A DNA stretch of 28,471 nucleotides from positions 1 to 28,471 of the forward strand of contig JBFFUI010000030.1 in assembly GCA_041571435.1 (NCBI GenBank). The letters are read 5' to 3'. The notes below the pieces were generated by a model. That model saw only the letters and a list, made by a program, of their open reading frames with translations, had not been told where the DNA came from and did not search any database. This stretch comes from Sulfurimonadaceae bacterium. GTDB lineage: Bacteria > Campylobacterota > Campylobacteria > Campylobacterales > Sulfurimonadaceae. This document shows positions 8,384 to 17,993 of this stretch, in pieces. Numbering within the stretch: position 1 is the first letter of the stretch; every line of letters begins with the position of its first letter. The position numbers were made by a program, and so were the translations under genes.

Positions 8384-8464
8384 TATGTAGACTCTTTAGT
8401 GAAAAATATTATAATACGTCTATTATAGTACAAAGCATCTCCGCATACCTAATAAGGACGCCTT

Positions 8465-8782
8465 TTGACCCTAGACACGATTGAACAGACCCTCCGCTCC
8501 GAACTCGCCGTGGCCCTCTACTTCAGCGCACCGACCTGCAACGTCTGCCACGCCCTCAAACCGAAACTGCTCGAGGCGTTCGAAGTGAACTTCCCGCAGC
8601 TGCAGGTCATCTCCGTCGACATCTCCGAGACCCCGGAGATCGCCTCGCACTTCAGCGTCTTTACCATCCCGACCCTGCTGGTCTACCTCGACGGCAAAGA
8701 GTTCCTCCGAAAAAGCCGCCACATGAGCGTCGGCGAAGTCGTCGAAGAGATCAGACGTCCCTACGATATCATGACCTCGTAA
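8465..8782 (+). CDS. Thioredoxin-family protein
   Basis: CNVC active site, FTIPTL cis-Pro loop, DGKE; TTG start after AAGGA. Confidence 0.85.
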   Translation: MTLDTIEQTLRSELAVALYFSAPTCNVCHALKPKLLEAFEVNFPQLQVISVDISETPEIASHFSVFTIPTLLVYLDGKEFLRKSRHMSVGEVVEEIRRPYDIMTS

Positions 8783-8866
8783 CGATTCGGGCTTTGGAAA
8801 AACCCTTTCCATCCGAAGGCATTCTCCCGTGTTTGCCCTCTACTCTTTACGAAGATTTTTTTTAAT

Positions 8867-9420
8867 CTACTCTTCATACATACTGGTATTGAAATCACAA
8901 AAGGCTTTGTATTCTCCAATTTTAGCAGAGGATAAGATCCTCCGCTCAATGCATTAGAATATTGTCGATAAGCTTTTAACCTTGCTGGCGTATTAAGATA
9001 GATTTCTTCTCTCAAATCGTAGCCTACAAGGTAGTCATATTGATTAATAAGCATGGGATCATTAAAAATGTCTGCATAATCTTTATAATAGAATTCACAA
9101 TAAAGTGCTGAATTCACTTCTTTGTAAATCTCTCTAGCGGCCTGCGGCATTTGCAATGCTTTTTTATAACCTCTTGCAGCCTGCATCGAAATGTCCACAT
9201 AGATCGGATGCTTATCTTTGTAGGTCTTGTATATCCAAATCTCCACATCGTCACGGACGTCATTGTTGTTGACGTCTATCCCAAGCAATGTCGAGTTGTT
9301 CACCACCGGATCGGGCTCCGGCGGCAAAGTGTGACCGTGGATCACTTCGGGTTGTTCGGAAGCGTGCAGTGCGATGCTGCCTGTTACAAGAAGCAGGAGT
9401 GCCAGAAAGTGTTTCATCAT
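8867..9420 (-). pseudogene. Exported hypothetical protein with apparent 1-nt frameshift near 8920
   Basis: Signal peptide, PPEPDP...LLGIDVNNNDVRDDVE. Adding one A to the A4 run (8920-8923) gives C-terminus KIGEYKAFCDFNTSMYEE* (stop 8867); as read, the ORF runs on and overlaps the convergent thioredoxin gene. Confidence 0.6.
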
Positions 9421-9495
9421 TGTGCCTTTATCGGCACATTGTATCTAAATAGTTTTATATTGTTTATATCTGTATAGGAAAAGAGGTGAAAGCCT

Positions 9496-9518
9496 GCGCC
9501 GTTCTGCGGAAACGGTGC
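9496..9518 (-). terminator. Hairpin immediately after the TrmH-family gene
   Basis: GCGCCGTT/AACGGTGC arms 2 nt from the stop, followed by a pyrimidine-rich tract on the minus strand. Confidence 0.5.
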
Positions 9519-9520
9519 TT

Positions 9521-10279
9521 TTAGGGCAGGAAGGCGAGCAGTGCCGCCGTCACGGCGACGTTGAGCGACTCGACGCCGCGCTCCATCGGGATAGCCAGTG
9601 ACCTGTTGCAGAGACGTTCGACGGGTTTGCTCACCCCTTCGCTCTCGTTGCCCAGGACGAAGACGACCCGCTTGCCCATATTGAGGCTGTAGATATTCTC
9701 TTTGGCATGCGAAGAGAGAGCGTAGACCTCGGCACTTTCGGCAAGGTGGGCCAGCGGTGCCTCAAGGGTCTTGCAGTGGAAGATGGGGATCTTGAAGAGC
9801 GTCCCGGCACTCGCCTTGATGACCAGCGGCGAGATCTTCGCGCTGCTGTTGGTCGGCAGGATAATGCCGTCGATCTTCCCGGCAGCGGCGGAGCGGACGA
9901 TCATGCCAAGGTTCTGCGGGTTTTGGACACCGTCGAGGGCGAGCAGGCGGAAAGCGTCACCGAGTGCCGCTTCGATGTTCTCGCTCTTCTGGTAATTGGG
10001 GGCGATGATGTCAATAGCCACACCCTGGTCCTGTTTGGCATTCTTGGAGATGCGCGAGAGCTGCTCTTTGGTATGCATCTTGACCTCGATGCCGCGCTGC
10101 TCAGCCAGCTTTTTGATCTCAAGGATCACCCCTTCCTCACGGTTGCTCGTTGCGAGATGAAGTCGATGGATCTCTATCGCATCGTCTTCAAGGATCTCGG
10201 TAACGACATTACGACCGTAAAGGGTGATGATGCTGTCAAAAAAGGCTTTTTTGTCTAAATATTCTCTGGAATCTTTCAT
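9521..10279 (-). CDS. TrmH/SpoU-family RNA methyltransferase (RlmB-like)
   Basis: LDGVQNPQNLGMIVRSA, KASAG, VLGNESEG, IPM..GVESLNV. Start placed at MKDS (10279). Confidence 0.92.
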   Translation of the reverse strand: MKDSREYLDKKAFFDSIITLYGRNVVTEILEDDAIEIHRLHLATSNREEGVILEIKKLAEQRGIEVKMHTKEQLSRISKNAKQDQGVAIDIIAPNYQKSENIEAALGDAFRLLALDGVQNPQNLGMIVRSAAAGKIDGIILPTNSSAKISPLVIKASAGTLFKIPIFHCKTLEAPLAHLAESAEVYALSSHAKENIYSLNMGKRVVFVLGNESEGVSKPVERLCNRSLAIPMERGVESLNVAVTAALLAFLP

Positions 10280-10384
10280 GCACACATTATATCGACATTT
10301 ATTTTTTCTAGAGTGTGAAAAATAGAAAGCAACACACAATTTTAGTGATTATGTTGCCCATTATCGTAACGCAAAGGAGTATCT

Positions 10385-10621
10385 ATGCTGCGTCTTACTA
10401 TTGAGAACGGTCAGTTTTTAAAAGATGGCCAAAAAGTCGAACTGTCACAGTGCCAGCGGATCAACACAAAAGTCAAAGAGGTCTTTCAATACCTTCTTAA
10501 CAACAATATCGATCTAAAGTTTGAAAAAGATAACAAGAACATCTCTTTTTCGCCCATCCGTCCGGACGTTAAAACGCGTCTGATCAATGCCTTGATGGCC
10601 GACAAGTTGATCCGCCGCTGA
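10385..10621 (+). CDS. Small hypothetical protein (78 aa)
   Basis: AAAGGAG RBS 5 nt upstream; fills an otherwise empty gap; no recognised motif. Confidence 0.7.
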   Translation: MLRLTIENGQFLKDGQKVELSQCQRINTKVKEVFQYLLNNNIDLKFEKDNKNISFSPIRPDVKTRLINALMADKLIRR

Positions 10622-10636
10622 GGCGATGCCGCAACC

Positions 10637-11578
10637 TTAGAAATCAAGACTGAACCCGATGCTCAGGTTCACACCTTCCAACCCTTCGCCTTTTGAGACG
10701 CTCGGTTCGATAAAATAACGGTAGATATACGCTCTTTTCTCAGGTGTGTTCCAATAGAGACTAACACCCGCCGTCGCATAACTGCTGATCTGTGCTACCT
10801 TGGCCAGGTCACCCCAGACATAATTCCCTTTTGCATACGGTTCCAGTGTCAAATACATATCCTGGTAGTGGTACAGAGGATCTGTCTCAAACCCCAGTAT
10901 CAAAGAGGCGACCGCCGTCTGTGAGTTCAGAGAGACGATGTCGCCAATCACATCCTCGACAAGGCCTCCGAAGTCCAGCTTGGAGAGGGTTTTGTAGAGC
11001 TTGTAGTTGAGTCGCATGTAGATGTCATACGCTCTGTATTGCCGGTGATAGTCATACTCCGCAAAAAGTTTGTAGGAGAAGTTTTCATTAAAGTCATCGG
11101 AAAAAAAGTTTTCGATCGTGCTTCCGTCCAGATCCTCATTCGTTCGCACCGAGATCCCGACCCGCGAATAGAGGAGCTCACCGCCAAAGCGCAGATCCGA
11201 ATGTTCGGTTGCCCGGTATCGCAGACCGACGCCTATACCGCCGACATAGGTCTGCATCCGATTGTCAAGCTGCAGAAAGGTTCCGTTGGCATCGACCTGG
11301 CTGTCGCTTCGGACGTCGCTGTAGGCGAGGTCAAGGACCATAAAGACATTTGTGTTTTCACTCAGAGGCTCAAGCTCATAGCTCAGCGGAAGGTTGTACA
11401 TGCGCATCACGGTATCGATCCGGGTAAAGCGGTAGTAACCGGAGCTCAGACCGTCCTGCGATGTAAAGACAACCGCTGCATTGACCGTGGCAAGATAGGC
11501 ATCCTGAGCCAGCTGCTCGTTCAGTGTTGCCGCCTTCATGGATGAAAAAAGTAAAAAACATAAGAGTAATATGCGCAT
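10637..11578 (-). CDS. Outer-membrane beta-barrel, possibly a solitary autotransporter-type barrel
   Basis: Signal peptide, alternating aromatic beta-strands, C-terminal IGFSLDF (Bam signal). Confidence 0.7.
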   Translation of the reverse strand: MRILLLCFLLFSSMKAATLNEQLAQDAYLATVNAAVVFTSQDGLSSGYYRFTRIDTVMRMYNLPLSYELEPLSENTNVFMVLDLAYSDVRSDSQVDANGTFLQLDNRMQTYVGGIGVGLRYRATEHSDLRFGGELLYSRVGISVRTNEDLDGSTIENFFSDDFNENFSYKLFAEYDYHRQYRAYDIYMRLNYKLYKTLSKLDFGGLVEDVIGDIVSLNSQTAVASLILGFETDPLYHYQDMYLTLEPYAKGNYVWGDLAKVAQISSYATAGVSLYWNTPEKRAYIYRYFIEPSVSKGEGLEGVNLSIGFSLDF

Positions 11579-11636
11579 GTACTATTATACACACTAAGCA
11601 GTGAACAACGCAGGCGGGTTAACGGACCCTATACCG

Positions 11637-12806
11637 TTACGATCTGAGTCGCGATTTCAGGACAAGGTAACCCAGGACCCCTGAAAGCAGCGACCCCAGC
11701 AGAATCCCGATGCGCTCATCCGTCATATTGAGACAGGCCCCTTCGGCACACTCAAAGGCGAGAGAACCGATAAAGAGGCTCATCGTAAAACCGATACCGC
11801 CCAGAATGGAGACACCGTAAAGGTGAGCCCAGGTGAGTTTGTCGGGCAGCTTTCCAAGTTTCAAGACGATCGCCAACGCCGCAAAGCTGAAAATACCGAC
11901 CTGCTTGCCGACAAGCAGTCCAAACGTAATCCCAAGCGTCACATTGTCGGTAAAGTCTTTGACACTGATTGCACCGAAACCGACGCCGGTGTTGACGAAG
12001 GCGAAAAGCGGCAATATCGCATAGTTGACCGGACCGTGCAGTGACTCTTCAAGTTCATGAAAGCTCTCTTTGTTGTTGCGAAGCGGGATCAAAAGCCCTA
12101 CAATCACACCGGCTATCGTGGCATGCACCCCCGACTTTAACACGGCAGCCCAGATAATAATGCCCAGCAGGATATAGACGGTATTGTTGGTCACACCCCG
12201 CCAGTTCAGCACCATCAAGACGGCAATGAAGAAGCCCGAGACCGCCAACGCTGTCATGGTAAGGCCGTGCCCGAAAAAGAGCGCAATAACAATGATAGCA
12301 CCCAGATCATCGATGATCGCCAGTGCCAGCAAAAAGACCTTCAGCTCTGCCGGGACGCGCTTGCCGAGGAGCGAAAGGATCCCCAATGCAAAAGCGATAT
12401 CGGTCGCCATGGGAATAGCCCACCCCTGCATCCCGACAGGGTCGTTCCAGTTAAAAACACTGTAGACAAGTGCGGGGACGACCATACCGCCGATGGCCGC
12501 AAAGGTCGGCACGACGATCTTGGAGATATGGCTGAGACTCCCCTCCATCACTTCACGCTTGATCTCCATCCCCACCATGAAGAAAAAGACCGCCATCAGA
12601 CCGTCATTCACCCACAGCAACAGCGGCTTTGCAATACTGAACTCATGGACACTGACAACGACCGGGATATCGAGAAAATCTTTATAGTAATCAGCATAGG
12701 AACTGTTCGCCAGCAACATGGCAAAGAGTGTCGCCATGATGAGTAAAACACCGACAGCAGATTCTCCTTTAAAGAAATCAACAAGAGATTTGTCAAGTAT
12801 AGGCAT
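11637..12806 (-). CDS. nhaA: Na+/H+ antiporter NhaA
   Basis: WVNDGLMAVFFF.VG.EIKRE, GWAIPMATDIAF, LAIIDDLGAI, SGVHATIAG, GIGFTMSLFI. Confidence 0.97.
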   Translation of the reverse strand: MPILDKSLVDFFKGESAVGVLLIMATLFAMLLANSSYADYYKDFLDIPVVVSVHEFSIAKPLLLWVNDGLMAVFFFMVGMEIKREVMEGSLSHISKIVVPTFAAIGGMVVPALVYSVFNWNDPVGMQGWAIPMATDIAFALGILSLLGKRVPAELKVFLLALAIIDDLGAIIVIALFFGHGLTMTALAVSGFFIAVLMVLNWRGVTNNTVYILLGIIIWAAVLKSGVHATIAGVIVGLLIPLRNNKESFHELEESLHGPVNYAILPLFAFVNTGVGFGAISVKDFTDNVTLGITFGLLVGKQVGIFSFAALAIVLKLGKLPDKLTWAHLYGVSILGGIGFTMSLFIGSLAFECAEGACLNMTDERIGILLGSLLSGVLGYLVLKSRLRS

Positions 12807-12918
12807 CAAAACAGTCCTGATAGTTTATTAATCTAATGATACTTAATTCTTGCCAATAGAATGTAAAACCTTTACATTAACAGTATCGACAACAGATGGT
12901 CTTAAAGTAGATGTGGAG

Positions 12919-12947
12919 ATGTTCGCCCCGAATTGCAAGGCGAACAT
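12919..12947 (-). terminator. Hairpin downstream of tkt
   Basis: Perfect 9-bp arms ATGTTCGCC / GGCGAACAT. Confidence 0.6.
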
Positions 12948-12961
12948 TGTGGAAAGAGGGT

Positions 12962-14878
12962 TTAAATCTTGGAGATGATCGCTTCGGCACTGAAACCGAA
13001 CTTCTCAAACAGTTGGTCTGCCGGCGCAGACGCACCGAAACTGTCCATGTTGATCAGCTCATCCGCAAGCTTGTACCACTCCAGACCGCGGGCTGCTTCG
13101 ATGGCAACCGTCTTGGTACCCGGCTTGATAATAGTCTCCATATAGGCTTTGTCCTGCTCAATGAAGAGATCGAAACACGGCACTGAAACAACATTTGCCT
13201 TTATTCCTTTCTCTGCCAGCTTCGCCTGAACCTCAAGTGCAAGCGCGACCTCAGACCCCGAAGCCATAAGCGTGTACGTCGCATCGGCCTCTTCGGCCAA
13301 AAGGTAACCACCCTGGCGTGCAGAACCCGCAGCAGGTGCTTGCAGTATCGGCAGTGTCTGACGAGAACAGACAAATGCAGACGGAGACTTCTTCATCTCT
13401 AGCGCCTGCTGCCATGCCGCAACGTTTTCAGCCCCGTCAGCCGGACGCCAGACATAGAAGTTAGGCAGCGCACGGAACTGGGAGAGATGCTCGATTGGCT
13501 GGTGCGTCGGACCGTCTTCGCCGACACCGATGCTGTCGTGTGTCCAGACGAAAAACTGCTGAATACCGCTTAGTGCAGCGATACGTGCGGCCGGTTTCAG
13601 GTAGTCCGAGAAGACAAAGAAGGTTGCCGAGAACGGCATCAACGGGCCATACAACGCGATCGCATTGGTGATCGAAGCCATAGCGTGCTCACGGATACCG
13701 AAGTAGATGTTCTTACCTTTTGGAAAGACACCCATGTTTTTAAGTTCCGTCTTGTTCGACGGGCTAAGGTCAGCAGAACCCCCGATGAAACCCGGTATCG
13801 CTTTCGCAATCGCATTAAGAACAACCCCGTTGGTACCGCGTGTTGCATCCGCTTTTTCAAATGTCGGCCACTGGATACGGGAAAAGTCAGGGTTTTCAAA
13901 CGCATCCAATGCTTCGTTCTGCTCCATCAATGGCAATGTCTTAAGGGAGTGTTTCCAGGCACGTTCAGCCAGATCACCCTCTTCGACAGCACATCTGAAA
14001 CGCAGCAGTACATCTTCCGGTACGAAAAACTTTTTCTTCGGGTCAAAACCGGCGGCCTGTTTTGCCGCGGCGATCACCTCATCGCCGAGTGGCGCACCAT
14101 GCGAATGGTGTGAGCCTTCAAGCGGGCCGGCACCTTTTGCAATAACCGTGTTTGCGATGATAAGCACCGGCTTTGTTGCCGCCTTTGCCTTGTTGATGGC
14201 ATCGTCGATCTCATTAAAGTTATGCCCATCGATCTCAAGGACTTCCCAGTTCTGCGCTTCAAAACGTTTACGGATATCTTCTGAAATACTGAGGTCGGTT
14301 GAGCCTTCGATCGTAATGCGGTTGGAGTCGTAGATACAGATCAGGTTGTCCAGTCCAAGGTGGCCGGCCAGTGAACACGCCTCATAGGAGATACCTTCTT
14401 CAAGGTCACCGTCACCACACAGTACATAGACATTGTGGTCGATCACGGCAGCCGTATCGGAGTTAAGCTGAGCAGCGACATGTTTGCTTGCCATTGAGAA
14501 ACCGACAGCATTGGCGACACCCTGACCCAACGGTCCTGTCGTGATCTCAATACCGGCCGTGTGACCATACTCCGGGTGACCCGGCGTCTTTGAGTCGAGT
14601 TGACGGAATTTTTTAAGATCTTCCATCTCCAGTCCATACCCCCAAAGGTAATAGAGCGAGTAGATCAGACCGGTAGCATGTCCTCCGGAGAAGACCAGAC
14701 GGTCACGGTTCAACCACTCAGGGTTCTTCGGGTTATGCGAGAGGTGCTCGCTTAAAACGACGGCGATATCGGCAAGACCCATCGGTGCACCTGGGTGACC
14801 TGAGTTGGCAGCTTGAACCATATCGGTTGCTAAAAAACGGATGCTATCGGCCATCTTTTGGCGCATTGTATTTGACAT
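12962..14878 (-). CDS. tkt: Transketolase
   Basis: ANSGHPGAPMG, TTGPLGQG, GDGDLEEG, GIREHAM, GEDGPTHQP. Start at MSNT after AAGGA. Confidence 0.97.
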   Translation of the reverse strand: MSNTMRQKMADSIRFLATDMVQAANSGHPGAPMGLADIAVVLSEHLSHNPKNPEWLNRDRLVFSGGHATGLIYSLYYLWGYGLEMEDLKKFRQLDSKTPGHPEYGHTAGIEITTGPLGQGVANAVGFSMASKHVAAQLNSDTAAVIDHNVYVLCGDGDLEEGISYEACSLAGHLGLDNLICIYDSNRITIEGSTDLSISEDIRKRFEAQNWEVLEIDGHNFNEIDDAINKAKAATKPVLIIANTVIAKGAGPLEGSHHSHGAPLGDEVIAAAKQAAGFDPKKKFFVPEDVLLRFRCAVEEGDLAERAWKHSLKTLPLMEQNEALDAFENPDFSRIQWPTFEKADATRGTNGVVLNAIAKAIPGFIGGSADLSPSNKTELKNMGVFPKGKNIYFGIREHAMASITNAIALYGPLMPFSATFFVFSDYLKPAARIAALSGIQQFFVWTHDSIGVGEDGPTHQPIEHLSQFRALPNFYVWRPADGAENVAAWQQALEMKKSPSAFVCSRQTLPILQAPAAGSARQGGYLLAEEADATYTLMASGSEVALALEVQAKLAEKGIKANVVSVPCFDLFIEQDKAYMETIIKPGTKTVAIEAARGLEWYKLADELINMDSFGASAPADQLFEKFGFSAEAIISKI

Positions 14879-14888
14879 TGTAATTCCT

Positions 14889-15734
14889 TTATCGGTGTCT
14901 ATTGATGTACTTCGAAAGTATTGGGGAGAGTGTACGCTGTAGACTCTCATCAAAACTTTGCAACTGTTCTTCTATCTCTGCCGCCAGAACGTTGGCTTCA
15001 CCCATCGCTTTTTCAAGGCCAAGCAGGGTGACAAAGCTGTTTTTCGCTTCATCATTGTTGGTGGTCTTGCCCGCCTCTTCATCACTTTGTGTCACATCCA
15101 ATATATCATCTTGGATCTGAAAAAGCAGACCGACTTTGATCCCAAAATCATAAATAGGCCGCTGCAGCTCTTGTTGACCTGCGATGATCGCACCCATCTC
15201 CAGGGCACAGGCGATCAGTTTGCCCGTCTTGTTGATGTGAAGCATCTTGACCTGCTCCAGTGTCAGCGGCTGGTTCTCAAAATAGCAATCAATAGCCTGT
15301 CCCAACACCATACCGCTGACGCCGCCGTTATGCGAAAGGGAACGGATCAGTTTCACCCGTATCGCATCGGAAAACGGTGCGTTTGAGAGCACTTCAAACG
15401 CGTAGGTGTTAAGCGCATCACCGACCAGGACCGCTGTGACCTCATCAAAACGTTTGTGCAGGGTCTGATGGCCTCGACGAAGATCGGCATTGTCCATCGC
15501 CGGAAGGTCGTCATGAATAAGCGAGTAGGTGTGTAGAAGTTCGATAGCGTATGCCGCATGGTTGGCACCGTCAAGCAGAAGCGTGTTATAGGCGCTGACA
15601 ACAGCTAAAAGGAGTTCAGGACGGAAACGTTTTCCGCCCGCTTCGAGCATGGTATAGAGTGCTTCCTCGTAGTGGGGATGAAAGCTCGAGGCAACAGGTC
15701 TATGTTCTGCTATAAATGCTTCAAATGCTTGCAT
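14889..15734 (-). CDS. ispA: Geranyltranstransferase / farnesyl-diphosphate synthase
   Basis: GGKRFRP, SLIHDDLPAMDNADLRRG, GQAID, KTG, FQIQDDILD. Confidence 0.95.
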   Translation of the reverse strand: MQAFEAFIAEHRPVASSFHPHYEEALYTMLEAGGKRFRPELLLAVVSAYNTLLLDGANHAAYAIELLHTYSLIHDDLPAMDNADLRRGHQTLHKRFDEVTAVLVGDALNTYAFEVLSNAPFSDAIRVKLIRSLSHNGGVSGMVLGQAIDCYFENQPLTLEQVKMLHINKTGKLIACALEMGAIIAGQQELQRPIYDFGIKVGLLFQIQDDILDVTQSDEEAGKTTNNDEAKNSFVTLLGLEKAMGEANVLAAEIEEQLQSFDESLQRTLSPILSKYINRHR

Positions 15735-15770
15735 CTCTATCCTATGTTTTTGGTACGAAATATTACCACA

Positions 15771-16385
15771 TTAATAATGAAAGTTCAGCCCCAGCTCAAC
15801 CGTTAAAGAGTGATCGGAAAGTTCGACGTTCTGTGTATTCGTCGTATCCAGGTTGTAGTTGCCCCACATACGGTATTTGTAGTATGTGCCCAGCTGCCAC
15901 TCCAGGCTCTCTGACATACGCCAGAACGTCCCGACGCCGAAGTTCAGACCGACATTCGAGGCCCAAGACTGTGCATAGCTCTCCAACGACATGAACGCAT
16001 AGTCCATACCGGCTTTGAAATACGGCAACATGGAAGAACCCCGTTCACTATAGGTCTTGATAATATCAAAACCGACACTGTAGAGCAGTTGGTTGCTCGA
16101 GCCGACACTCTTGCCTGCCGGCACCTCATAGTTGTAGATATCTTCGTCAAAATATTGAAGGCCGAAAAAGATATTGGTACGTACATCTTCACCGCTGTCG
16201 ATACCGAGGTTGAGTTTACCGCCGTAGAGGATCGGGTTCATCGTGACATTTGCTGCCTTCGAATTTTCCTGTTCAATCCAGCCATAACCACTGTCAAGTG
16301 TCACACCCACGTATTGGCTGCCTGCTGCTTGAAGTGTCAAACCACTGAAAAGTACGCCGTAAAGTAATTTTTTATAATGCATCAT
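15771..16385 (-). CDS. Small outer-membrane beta-barrel protein (about 8 strands)
   Basis: Signal peptide, LPYFKAG, LNFGVG, C-terminal LGLNFHY. Confidence 0.78.
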   Translation of the reverse strand: MMHYKKLLYGVLFSGLTLQAAGSQYVGVTLDSGYGWIEQENSKAANVTMNPILYGGKLNLGIDSGEDVRTNIFFGLQYFDEDIYNYEVPAGKSVGSSNQLLYSVGFDIIKTYSERGSSMLPYFKAGMDYAFMSLESYAQSWASNVGLNFGVGTFWRMSESLEWQLGTYYKYRMWGNYNLDTTNTQNVELSDHSLTVELGLNFHY

Positions 16386-16449
16386 CCGTCCTGAAACTGT
16401 AGTAAAAACATTATAGCTGGCAAAGGCTTGAAAAGAGAAGAGTGGAGTT

Positions 16450-16469
16450 GCCCAGCGTTACGCTGAGGC
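16450..16469 (-). terminator. Hairpin downstream of panD
   Basis: GCCCAGCG/CGCTGAGGC arms followed by a pyrimidine-rich tract on the minus strand. Confidence 0.5.
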
Positions 16470-16498
16470 TGAAATAGATGTTTTATTGCAGCTGTAGA

Positions 16499-16864
16499 TT
16501 AGATCTCGTCAAGGACATGATCAATATCATTGTCGTCATTTAACAGTACCACACGTGGCTTGTAAGCTTCTAGCTCATTTTCATGGTAGGTCGCATACGC
16601 CACGACGATGATCTTATCACCTTTATGGACTTTACGGGCAGCTGCACCGTTAAGACAGATGTCACGTTTACCACGCTCACCTAGAATAATATAGGTCGAG
16701 AAACGTTCACCGTTATTGATGTTGAGGATCTCAACTTTTTGACCAACACGCATTTTCGACGCTTCCAAAAGTTCTTCGTCAATAGTTATCGAACCGACAT
16801 AGTTAAGGTTCGCATCGGTTACAGTCGCGCGGTGGATCTTGCTGTATAACATTTCAATAGTCAT
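16499..16864 (-). CDS. panD: Aspartate 1-decarboxylase
   Basis: [22 protein letters not shown] self-cleavage site, [16 protein letters not shown]. Confidence 0.97.
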   Translation of the reverse strand: MTIEMLYSKIHRATVTDANLNYVGSITIDEELLEASKMRVGQKVEILNINNGERFSTYIILGERGKRDICLNGAAARKVHKGDKIIVVAYATYHENELEAYKPRVVLLNDDNDIDHVLDEI

Positions 16865-16875
16865 CGCAACTTTCC

Positions 16876-17250
16876 TTATCTGCCCATCTGCTTCATCATA
16901 TCAGCAGGTGTGATTGGTGCATCCCAGAGTTCGTCCTGGATCACAAATTCTTCCACGACATTGCCGCCAATGATATGTTCTTCAATGATACGGTCAATGG
17001 CATCTTTGGTCAAACCGGCATACATCGTGTGTCCAGGCTCAACCAACATAACAGGACCAACATTACAGCGGTTAAGACATGCTGAACGGATTGGCTGTAC
17101 TGTACCTATAATACCCTTTTGCATCAAAGATTGTGCTAAATGCTGGAACAGATCCTGTGTGTCCGGTCTGACACATGATGGTTTCGGCATTCCTGGAGGT
17201 GCAGATTGTTCGCACTTGAAAATATAAAAAGCCGGCTGTGGTATGCCCAT
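16876..17250 (-). CDS. Thioredoxin-like [2Fe-2S] ferredoxin
   Basis: C-x12-C...CLNRC..GP motif, IIEEHIIGG. Start at MGIPQ after GGAG. Confidence 0.88.
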   Translation of the reverse strand: MGIPQPAFYIFKCEQSAPPGMPKPSCVRPDTQDLFQHLAQSLMQKGIIGTVQPIRSACLNRCNVGPVMLVEPGHTMYAGLTKDAIDRIIEEHIIGGNVVEEFVIQDELWDAPITPADMMKQMGR

Positions 17251-17435
17251 TTTGTTCTCCATAAATACAGGTCAAATCTGACCTGTCTAGTAAAATTTTC
17301 GCGTATTATATCCAAACTCTTCAGTCAATTGTTTAGTTATGAATTTATACACATATATTTAAGATTCATTTTTTGCTCAGTCTAAGATGAAATTGCCTAA
17401 AATGGCACACAATCTATATTTGGAGCACCTGCAGT

Positions 17436-17981
17436 ATGAGAATCTTATTTGTTCTATCACTACTCTATGTCTCATTATTTGCAGAAGCGGCAGGCTATAT
17501 CGGTCTCTCTGTCGAGGACTCAACCGAATTTTTCGTCCTGAATGACAGAACGGTACATGCATCCACACCCCAATACAAGATCAAAGCCGGTTATGGCGAC
17601 ATCGGCAGCTATGCTGTTGAAGCCGCTTTCAGCTACATGGATTATGCGACCGATGTCTTCTCTTCAAAAGATGGTGCCGCGCTTATGCTCGATATCACGC
17701 TATTCAAAGGGTGGGATGTCGGTTACAATCTCTACCCCTACCTTGACGCAGGCATTGGCATGGGTAACATGAAAGTCGAACGTCAACTGGAAGACTCACT
17801 CGCCTTCAGCAGTTTTAACTTTGGTGGCGGTATCCGTTATGTCATTAATCAGACATACGATTTTGACCTCGGTTTCAACTATAAGATCCGTACATGGCAG
17901 ACGGTCTCTTTGGTTTCGGAAGGTGTGAATGTCACATCCCACCTCGTCAATCCATATATCGGTATCAACTACCATTTTTAA
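17436..17981 (+). CDS. Small outer-membrane beta-barrel protein, apparent paralogue of 15771-16385
   Basis: Signal peptide, LYPYLDAGIG, FNFGGG, C-terminal IGINYHF. Confidence 0.8.
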   Translation: MRILFVLSLLYVSLFAEAAGYIGLSVEDSTEFFVLNDRTVHASTPQYKIKAGYGDIGSYAVEAAFSYMDYATDVFSSKDGAALMLDITLFKGWDVGYNLYPYLDAGIGMGNMKVERQLEDSLAFSSFNFGGGIRYVINQTYDFDLGFNYKIRTWQTVSLVSEGVNVTSHLVNPYIGINYHF

Positions 17982-17993
17982 GCGAGAAACAAG

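Noticed and set aside
8408-8415. ATTATAAT palindrome as an operator
   Set aside because: More simply two overlapping -10 boxes serving the divergent pldA and thioredoxin genes.
13685-14333. Long plus-strand ORFs (142 and 208 aa)
   Set aside because: Antisense shadows of tkt with no RBS or motifs; the same applies to shadows over pldA, the TrmH gene, nhaA, murE and the DUF302 gene.
14879-14953. N-terminal extension of tkt
   Set aside because: Overlaps the ispA 3' end; AAGGA precedes ATG 14878.
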